Shown: piece by piece, positions 58,150-64,000 of the stretch | Numbering within the stretch: the first letter of the stretch is position 1 | How the letters are laid out: every line of letters begins with the position of its first letter | Assembly: GCA_022652985.1 (NCBI GenBank) | Contig: JALCRY010000006.1 | Location: forward strand, 284 to 64,283 | Origin: Eubacteriaceae bacterium | GTDB taxonomy: Bacteria; Bacillota; Clostridia; Peptostreptococcales; Anaerovoracaceae | DNA length: 64,000 bases | Direction of reading: 5' to 3' | Made by a program: the position numbers and the translations under genes | Notes under the pieces: generated by a model | What the model saw: only the letters and a program-made list of their open reading frames with translations | Told to the model about the DNA's origin: nothing | The model's database searches: none

Positions 58150-59189
58150 TGGAGATACGCGAGATCATCGATTATCTCAAGGCTTACGACGGTCCGGAAC
58201 TCAAGTTTATGGAAGTGTGCGGTTCGCATACTTCCGCTATTTTCAAGACCGGGATCAGGAGCCTTATCTCACCGAAGATAAAACTGATATCGGGGCCGGG
58301 ATGCCCTGTGTGCGTTACACCGACTGCGTATATCGACAAATGCGCGGAATACGCGATGGCCGGCGATTCTGAACTTCTGACATACGGCGATATGATGAAG
58401 GTGCCGGGGACTCACGGCAGCCTCTCCGATCTCAAGGGAGACGGCGCCAAGGTAACTATGATGTACAGTCCGTTCGAAGCGGTCGAAAAAGCCGCTGCGG
58501 ATCCGGACCGTATTTTTGCGGTGGCAGCCGTAGGGTTCGAGACGACGATACCTTCATATGCGCTGATGATCGACGAAGCAAAAAGAAGAGGCGTGAAGAA
58601 CATCAAACTCATTACTGCACTGAAGACGATAACGCCCGCGATCGACTGGATATGCGCGAATCAGCCGGCAATAGACGGCTTCATATGTCCGGGACATGTA
58701 AGCGTCATCATAGGCTGCCAGCCATATATCGCGATAGCGGAGAAGTACCACAAGCCGATGGTAGTCTGCGGCTTTGAAGCGGAACATATTCTGGCGGTGC
58801 TTTATGAGCTCGTACGCCAGATGGAGCGCGGTGAGGCAAAGGTCGTGAACCTTTATCCGAATGCGGTCAGATGGGAAGGCAATGTCAAGGCGCAGGAAGT
58901 ACTGGAAAAGTGCTTCGAACCTGACGAGGCCACCTGGCGCGGACTCGGGAGCATACCGGGTTCCGGCATGTATCTCAAGGGTGATTACGCTGTTTATGAC
59001 GGCGGCTCGAGAGGGCTGGTCAGGGATATGGAACTTCCCGAAGGCTGTTCATGCGGCAGCGTGATAACGGGAGTGCTCAATCCGGATGAATGTCCGATGT
59101 TCGGAACAAGCTGCACACCGCTCGACCCGTACGGGCCGTGCATGGTATCAGCGGAAGGTGCATGCGGCATCTGGTACAGAAACAGATAA
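58149..59189 (+). CDS. hypD: Hydrogenase formation protein HypD
   Basis: 346 aa. MEVCGSHT, GPGCPVCVTP and FETT motifs. Confidence 0.93.
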   Translation: MEIREIIDYLKAYDGPELKFMEVCGSHTSAIFKTGIRSLISPKIKLISGPGCPVCVTPTAYIDKCAEYAMAGDSELLTYGDMMKVPGTHGSLSDLKGDGAKVTMMYSPFEAVEKAAADPDRIFAVAAVGFETTIPSYALMIDEAKRRGVKNIKLITALKTITPAIDWICANQPAIDGFICPGHVSVIIGCQPYIAIAEKYHKPMVVCGFEAEHILAVLYELVRQMERGEAKVVNLYPNAVRWEGNVKAQEVLEKCFEPDEATWRGLGSIPGSGMYLKGDYAVYDGGSRGLVRDMELPEGCSCGSVITGVLNPDECPMFGTSCTPLDPYGPCMVSAEGACGIWYRNR

Positions 59190-59201
59190 CTGGAGGGAAC
59201 A

Positions 59202-60182
59202 ATGAAAATTACAATGGCGCACGGAAGCGGCGGAAAAACATCACATGAACTCATGGGAAGCATTTTCGGCAAGTATTTTTCCAATGATGTCCTGGATGAA
59301 CTGGAAGACGCGGCGGTAGTGGATATATGCGGCAGGATCGCCTACAGCACTGATACATTCGTGGTGACGCCTGTTGAATTCAAGGGCGGCAATATCGGCA
59401 AGCTGAGTGTTGTCGGCACATGCAATGATCTGCTGATGATGGGCGCAAAACCGATGTATCTCACATGCGGGTTTGTCCTGGAAGAGGGACTGGAAATAGA
59501 AACGCTGGACAGGGCAGCGAAAGCTATGGCTGAGGAAGCTGCCTCCGTCGGCGTGAAAATAGTTGCCGGAGATACTAAAGTTATCGAAGGGCACGGAGGA
59601 ATGTTCATCAACACCTCCGGGATCGGAGTCATACCTGAAGGGCGCAGTGTCAGAGCGGCGAACTGCAGGCCGGGGGACAAGCTGATACTTTCGGGAAATC
59701 TGGGCGACCATCATGCCTGTATACTCAGCGCCAGGATGGGCATAGAAAACGGTATATCCAGCGACTGTGCCTGCCTGCATGATATTACAGACGCACTTTT
59801 CGAAAACGATATCGATGTCAGAACGATGCGTGATGTTACGCGCGGCGGACTGGGAACGATAATGAACGAAATCGCCGAGACATCCGGATGCAGGTTCAAT
59901 ATCTTTGAAGAGGATGTGCCTGTGAACGAAGAGGTGAAAGGCTTCTGCGGCATCCTCGGACTTGACCCGTTTTACATGGGCAACGAAGGCAAGCTGATAG
60001 CTGTCGTGAGTGCGGAACAGGCTGATAAAGCACTGGAGATCATACGCGGCACTGAGCATGGAAAGGATGCCCGGATAATCGGCGAAGCCGTTGAAGGCAA
60101 AGGGATCTATGTGATCACAAAATTCGGCGGCAGCCGCGTTCTGGACATGCTTTACGGCGAAGGTCTGCCTCGTATTTGTTAG
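59202..60182 (+). CDS. hypE: Hydrogenase maturation protein HypE (carbamoyl dehydratase)
   Basis: 326 aa. AIR-synthase-like fold, MRDVTRGGL motif, C-terminal PRIC. Confidence 0.93.
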   Translation: MKITMAHGSGGKTSHELMGSIFGKYFSNDVLDELEDAAVVDICGRIAYSTDTFVVTPVEFKGGNIGKLSVVGTCNDLLMMGAKPMYLTCGFVLEEGLEIETLDRAAKAMAEEAASVGVKIVAGDTKVIEGHGGMFINTSGIGVIPEGRSVRAANCRPGDKLILSGNLGDHHACILSARMGIENGISSDCACLHDITDALFENDIDVRTMRDVTRGGLGTIMNEIAETSGCRFNIFEEDVPVNEEVKGFCGILGLDPFYMGNEGKLIAVVSAEQADKALEIIRGTEHGKDARIIGEAVEGKGIYVITKFGGSRVLDMLYGEGLPRIC

Positions 60183-60183
60183 A

Positions 60184-60212
60184 TTGCTTTTATTATATTG
60201 TAGTGCTATAAT
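60184..60212 (+). promoter_or_regulatory. Citrate synthase promoter
   Basis: TTGCTT, 17-nt spacer, TGC-TATAAT extended -10. Confidence 0.55.
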
Positions 60213-60296
60213 TGAGATGTGAAAAAATGTATAATTGTATACAATCCACATGCCGGGAGCGGCCGGCACTATTGCATTGCAGGAGGAAATAAAGAT

Positions 60297-61751
60297 ATGA
60301 CCAGCTCTAGAAGAATTACCGAGGTCCAGGAACGCGATGACAAAGAAGAAAGCTATTTTGACAAAATGGCTCAGTCTTTGGAGAGCGAAGACATTATAGA
60401 TCAGGATCTTTATTCAAAATTTAACGTTAAAAGAGGCTTGAGAAATGCTAACGGCACCGGCGTTCTTGTCGGGCTTACCAGAATAGGAAATGTTCACGGA
60501 TATGAAAAAGGACCTAACGATGAAAAGGTTCCCGTCAGGGGCGAACTGCGCTACAGAGGATATGAAATACAGGATCTTGTAGGGAACTATATCAAGGAAG
60601 AGCGGTTCGGTTTTGAGGAGATCACATATCTGCTCATGTTCGGCGAACTGCCTACGAAAGAGCAGCTGGTGGAATTCCAAAGTATGATAGGCGAGAGAAG
60701 AGAACTGCCGGAGGGGTTTGCGCGGAATATGATCATGACGCAGCCTTCAAGAAGCATCATGAACAAGATCCAGAGAAGTATTCTGGCTCTGTATTCCTAT
60801 GATGACAATCCGGATGACATCTCACCGTCAAATGTCATAAGACAGGAGATGAATCTGATCGGCTATTTCCCGGCGATCATCGCGTACTGCTATCAGGCGA
60901 AGAGTTTGTTCTTCGACAACCAGAGCATGCATCTGCATCTGCCGATACCTGAGCTGGGCACAGCTGAAAATATACTGAGGATGCTCAGGCCTACAGGGGA
61001 GTTCGATCCTCTGGAAGCGAGAGTGCTCGATCTGACACTGATACTGCAGGCTGAGCACGGCGGCGGGAACAACTCCGCGTTCACGACATATCTGCTGTCA
61101 TCATCAGCGACCGATACATATTCCGTATTATCGGCTGCAGTCGGTTCGCTGAAAGGACCGAGACACGGCGGCGCGAACATCGCCGTCATCAGGATGATAG
61201 AGGATCTGAAGGCAAATGTCCATGACATCACAGACAGAAAAGAAGTGGACAGATATCTGATGAAGGTGCTCAACAAAGAGGCAAACGATCATTCGGGACT
61301 GATATACGGAATCGGACATGCAGTATATACTTTATCGGATCCGCGTGCCGAGATACTGAAAGATATGGCCAGAAAGCTGGCATTGGAAAAGGGAATGGAA
61401 GATGACTTCGGACTCTGCGAATACATAGCGGAGAGAGGGCCGCAGTTATGCGCCGAACGTACCGGAGTTGAAAAAGCAATGTGTGCGAATGTCGATCTTT
61501 ATTCGGGGCTTGTATACGAGGCGCTGAATATTCCTAATGATATGTGTACGCCGCTGTTCGCCACGGCCAGACTGTCAGGATGGTGTGCGCACAGACTTGA
61601 GGAGATCATAACAGGAAAGAAACTGATCAGACCTTCGTATAAAGGGGTGCAGGATCCGAGGGATTATATCCCTTTGGATGAAAGAGAAGAGACTGTGCCG
61701 TCTGCCAGTCTGATGGATCCCGGCAACAGGACTCCTGTACTGAAAAAATAA
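60297..61751 (+). CDS. gltA: Citrate synthase family protein (long clostridial type)
   Basis: About 484 aa from MTSSRR (SD AGGAGG). Motifs AEHGGGNNSAF, GPRHGGAN and GIGHAVY with the catalytic His/His/Asp pattern of citrate/2-methylcitrate synthases. Confidence 0.85.
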   Translation: MTSSRRITEVQERDDKEESYFDKMAQSLESEDIIDQDLYSKFNVKRGLRNANGTGVLVGLTRIGNVHGYEKGPNDEKVPVRGELRYRGYEIQDLVGNYIKEERFGFEEITYLLMFGELPTKEQLVEFQSMIGERRELPEGFARNMIMTQPSRSIMNKIQRSILALYSYDDNPDDISPSNVIRQEMNLIGYFPAIIAYCYQAKSLFFDNQSMHLHLPIPELGTAENILRMLRPTGEFDPLEARVLDLTLILQAEHGGGNNSAFTTYLLSSSATDTYSVLSAAVGSLKGPRHGGANIAVIRMIEDLKANVHDITDRKEVDRYLMKVLNKEANDHSGLIYGIGHAVYTLSDPRAEILKDMARKLALEKGMEDDFGLCEYIAERGPQLCAERTGVEKAMCANVDLYSGLVYEALNIPNDMCTPLFATARLSGWCAHRLEEIITGKKLIRPSYKGVQDPRDYIPLDEREETVPSASLMDPGNRTPVLKK

Positions 61752-61761
61752 ATATGGAAAA

Positions 61762-61800
61762 AGATCTCCGGCAGTTAGGTCAGCCGGAGATCTATTTTAT
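61762..61800. terminator. Bidirectional terminator between convergent genes
   Basis: AGATCTCCGGC/GCCGGAGATCT 11-bp stem, A-run upstream, ATTTTATT downstream. Confidence 0.85.
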
Positions 61801-61817
61801 TCGTGTCAGCCGGGCTG

Positions 61818-63992
61818 TCAGTTTTCGTTTAACTGCTCCTCAAGTTCTCTGATGCGGGCCCTGTATTTCTGCTCTTTTATTACTGATTCGGATATGTCCT
61901 CAACGGTGATGTAAAATATTTTTCCGTCCAGCTCATCGGTGAGCATCCTGGCTCTGTTGAGGATCCATATGTCATGATCGTATTTGTCGGAAGACCCCTT
62001 AGTGATGCAGTGGGCGTTCGGGTCGTGCACGGAGGCGGCTTCGAGCATAGCGATGAAATTTTCCCGCGATTCATCAGTCATGTAGTCGAGAATATTTGCC
62101 GCTTTGTATGAATCGGCCGGATCGCCCGGATGGACATGTCTGAAGTATTCATCGTTCGCCCGCAGTATTTCCAGGCATTCACCGTGGTATTCGAAAATTG
62201 CCGCGCCGCCGACGAAGCTGTTGAAGAGCAGCGCCATCTGCGCGGAAGGGTCCCAGAAGGCGGCCATGCCGTCGTATTCGATGTCCTTGTATATGTCGGC
62301 TCTGCCGATTTTAAGATCTATCAGCAGCTTTTCAAATTCCTCGGCAGGCATAGGTTTGGCGAACAGATATCCCTGCATGAAACGGCAGCCGACGCTTTTG
62401 AGGTAGTCGGCCTGTTCCTTTGTTTCGACTCCTTCGGCTATTACCGAGAGATTCAGCCTGTGGGCCATCCTGATGACGGAGCTCAGTATGTTGCCGCTTC
62501 TGGAGTCATCATTGGCTTTGCTCAGGAATTTGGTGTCAAGCTTGAGAACATCAACAGGTACATCCTTCAGCGTGTTGAGGGATGAATAGCCGCTGCCGAA
62601 ATCGTCCATCTCGAGCGTGAAGCCGCGGTCCTGCAGTTCCCGGACCAGTTCTATGAGGTGCTCAGGGTTGTCTACGTACGCTGTTTCAGTTATTTCAAGT
62701 TTCAGGGCAGACTGCGGAAGATGGTATTTATTTATCAGCGATGTCAGATCATCGCACAGCGCCGGATTATCAATATCCATCCGTGAAATATTGACGGATA
62801 CTGAAACAGGTACCATTTTATTATCATTGTTCAGCCAGTTGCTGAGATAGCGGCAGCTTCGCTCCCAGACATATTTGTCCAGCGAGCTGATGAATCCGTT
62901 TCTTTCGAACAGAGGAATGAAGCTGTCCGGGTACAGCAGACCTTTAGTCGGATGCTGCCATCTCACCAGAGCTTCGGCGCCTATCAGTTCCTTCGTAGCA
63001 TAATTATACTGCGGCTGGAAGTGGAGGACGAATTCGTTGTTGGCCAGCGCCTGATTCATGTCGTTGGAAAGTTCCTGCTCTTCAATTATCTTGTCCCGGA
63101 TTTTATTGTCGTAATATGCTACTTTCGAGGTGTAGCTCTCCTTGATCGAACGGATAGCAAGCAGTGCTCTGTCGCACATAATGCTGACTTCAAGACCGGG
63201 GTTTTCTATCACATATATGCCTATTCTGCCTGTCAGTTTGAAAAAGGTGTGATAGTTGTCAAACCATTCGAGAGCGGCGTCGACAGCTTTGCTTATGCGG
63301 TTGTCCTCAGTCTTTGTGCAGATGACGAATTTATCCGCTTCGTAACGGGCATATATCGTGCCCTCAGTGTTCCTGCTGCGCAGCGCATCCGCGATGTCGC
63401 AGAGCAGTTTATCACCGGCCTCGACGCCGAGCGTATCATTGAAGATCTTGAAATTATCTGTATCCCACATCATGATCGCGTATGAACCTGCAGGATCTTC
63501 ATCGAGACGTTCGCGCACGCATTTGTAGAATTTCTGCTTGTTGTAGAGATCAGTCAGTTCGTCATGCTCGGCCATCTTCAGACGCATCTCGTAATAGCGC
63601 TGCTGTTCGGAAAGTCTTATCGCATCCTGAGTGGCCAGGGCGTTGTTGATCCTGCTGAGCATAAGTTTGGGAACGAACGGTTTGAAAAGAATATCAGAGG
63701 CACCCATATCGAGGGCCTTGACTTCTGTTCTGATGCTGACATCGGCAGTCATAAGAATAACCGGTATATCCTTGAACCGGTCGGCTTTCGTTATGGCCTG
63801 CATAAGTTCCCAGCCGTCCAGCTCATCCATCTGTATATCCGACAATATCAGTGATACATCGCTCTTTTCGAGTATTTTTAGAGCTTCGGCGCCGTTTTCG
63901 GCTTCAAGGATATTGTACTCAGCTTCCAGCATCTGCTTGGCAATAATACGCGAAATGCTGTCATCATCGACTATAAGAATAGTCCTTCCCAT
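61818..63992 (-). CDS. Response-regulator receiver + degenerate GGDEF + EAL + C-terminal PAS-like ~165-aa domain
   Basis: 724 aa. REC (ILIVDDD...SDIQMDELDG...FKP). GGDEF signature replaced by EADKF. EAL residues intact (EALVRW, SVNIS, EITET, DDFGSGYSS, EGVET, QGYLF). The upstream region lies outside the window. Confidence 0.88.
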   Translation of the reverse strand: MGRTILIVDDDSISRIIAKQMLEAEYNILEAENGAEALKILEKSDVSLILSDIQMDELDGWELMQAITKADRFKDIPVILMTADVSIRTEVKALDMGASDILFKPFVPKLMLSRINNALATQDAIRLSEQQRYYEMRLKMAEHDELTDLYNKQKFYKCVRERLDEDPAGSYAIMMWDTDNFKIFNDTLGVEAGDKLLCDIADALRSRNTEGTIYARYEADKFVICTKTEDNRISKAVDAALEWFDNYHTFFKLTGRIGIYVIENPGLEVSIMCDRALLAIRSIKESYTSKVAYYDNKIRDKIIEEQELSNDMNQALANNEFVLHFQPQYNYATKELIGAEALVRWQHPTKGLLYPDSFIPLFERNGFISSLDKYVWERSCRYLSNWLNNDNKMVPVSVSVNISRMDIDNPALCDDLTSLINKYHLPQSALKLEITETAYVDNPEHLIELVRELQDRGFTLEMDDFGSGYSSLNTLKDVPVDVLKLDTKFLSKANDDSRSGNILSSVIRMAHRLNLSVIAEGVETKEQADYLKSVGCRFMQGYLFAKPMPAEEFEKLLIDLKIGRADIYKDIEYDGMAAFWDPSAQMALLFNSFVGGAAIFEYHGECLEILRANDEYFRHVHPGDPADSYKAANILDYMTDESRENFIAMLEAASVHDPNAHCITKGSSDKYDHDIWILNRARMLTDELDGKIFYITVEDISESVIKEQKYRARIRELEEQLNEN

Positions 63993-64000
63993 ATTTGTTT

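Noticed and set aside
59241-60269. 342-aa antisense ORF opposite hypE
   Set aside because: The sense frame encodes a full-length HypE with canonical motifs and the PRIC C-terminus. The antisense product has no recognisable motifs and extends across the intergenic promoter region.
60219-60296. N-terminal extensions offered by the ORF track (60219 citrate synthase, 55618 hypF, 51000 PFOR, 25472 rplS, 24452 NlpC/P60, 23200 transferase, 42214 plsY, 32084 folC, 47261 echB, 15421 GGDEF-EAL; minus-strand 17597 DUF3842 and 18852 proA)
   Set aside because: In each case an internal ATG with a good Shine-Dalgarno sequence at 5-10 nt matches where the conserved protein family begins. The extension overlaps the upstream gene or its promoter or terminator.

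Overview
Clostridia-like (Firmicutes) chromosomal window. It is densely coding and almost every long ORF can be assigned. Order of content: (1) the 3' 1.35 kb of 23S rRNA, 5S rRNA, tRNA-Glu(UUC) and a terminator. (2) A ten-gene accessory locus at 2035-11743: MFS and APC transporters, a family III CoA-transferase, a class I aminotransferase, an AbgB/PM20D2-like M20 amidohydrolase, a delta-alpha-beta-gamma 2-oxoacid:ferredoxin oxidoreductase and a GntR/FadR-type regulator. TACGTATA-core boxes recur at both of its promoter regions. (3) A soluble PAS hybrid histidine kinase translationally coupled to an alpha/beta hydrolase, followed by a degenerate-GGDEF/EAL protein. (4) tRNA-Leu(UAG) with its own promoter, next to an inverted tRNA 3' fragment. 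(5) Divergent proline genes: YprB-like exonuclease-proA-DUF3842 on the minus strand, proB-proC on the plus strand. (6) A long housekeeping run: nudix, xerD, WecA/TagO-type transferase, NlpC/P60, rplS, rbgA, rnhB, larB, N-terminal-only larC, Val T-box, then valS-folC-lipid kinase-GNAT-plsX-rnc-smc-ftsY-der-plsY-gpsA-miaB. (7) echABCDEF energy-converting [NiFe] hydrogenase, pyruvate:ferredoxin oxidoreductase, hypABFCDE and citrate synthase. (8) A REC-GGDEF*-EAL protein on the minus strand at the right edge. I saw no CRISPR array, transposase, phage gene or recognisable defence system. The candidates most worth follow-up are the unassigned amide-hydrolysis/transamination/OFOR/CoA-transferase operon with its candidate operator boxes, the ech-PFOR-hyp module with a ferredoxin-fused EchF, and the kinase-hydrolase-phosphodiesterase trio. 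Functional calls rest on motifs read from the translations; no database search was run.
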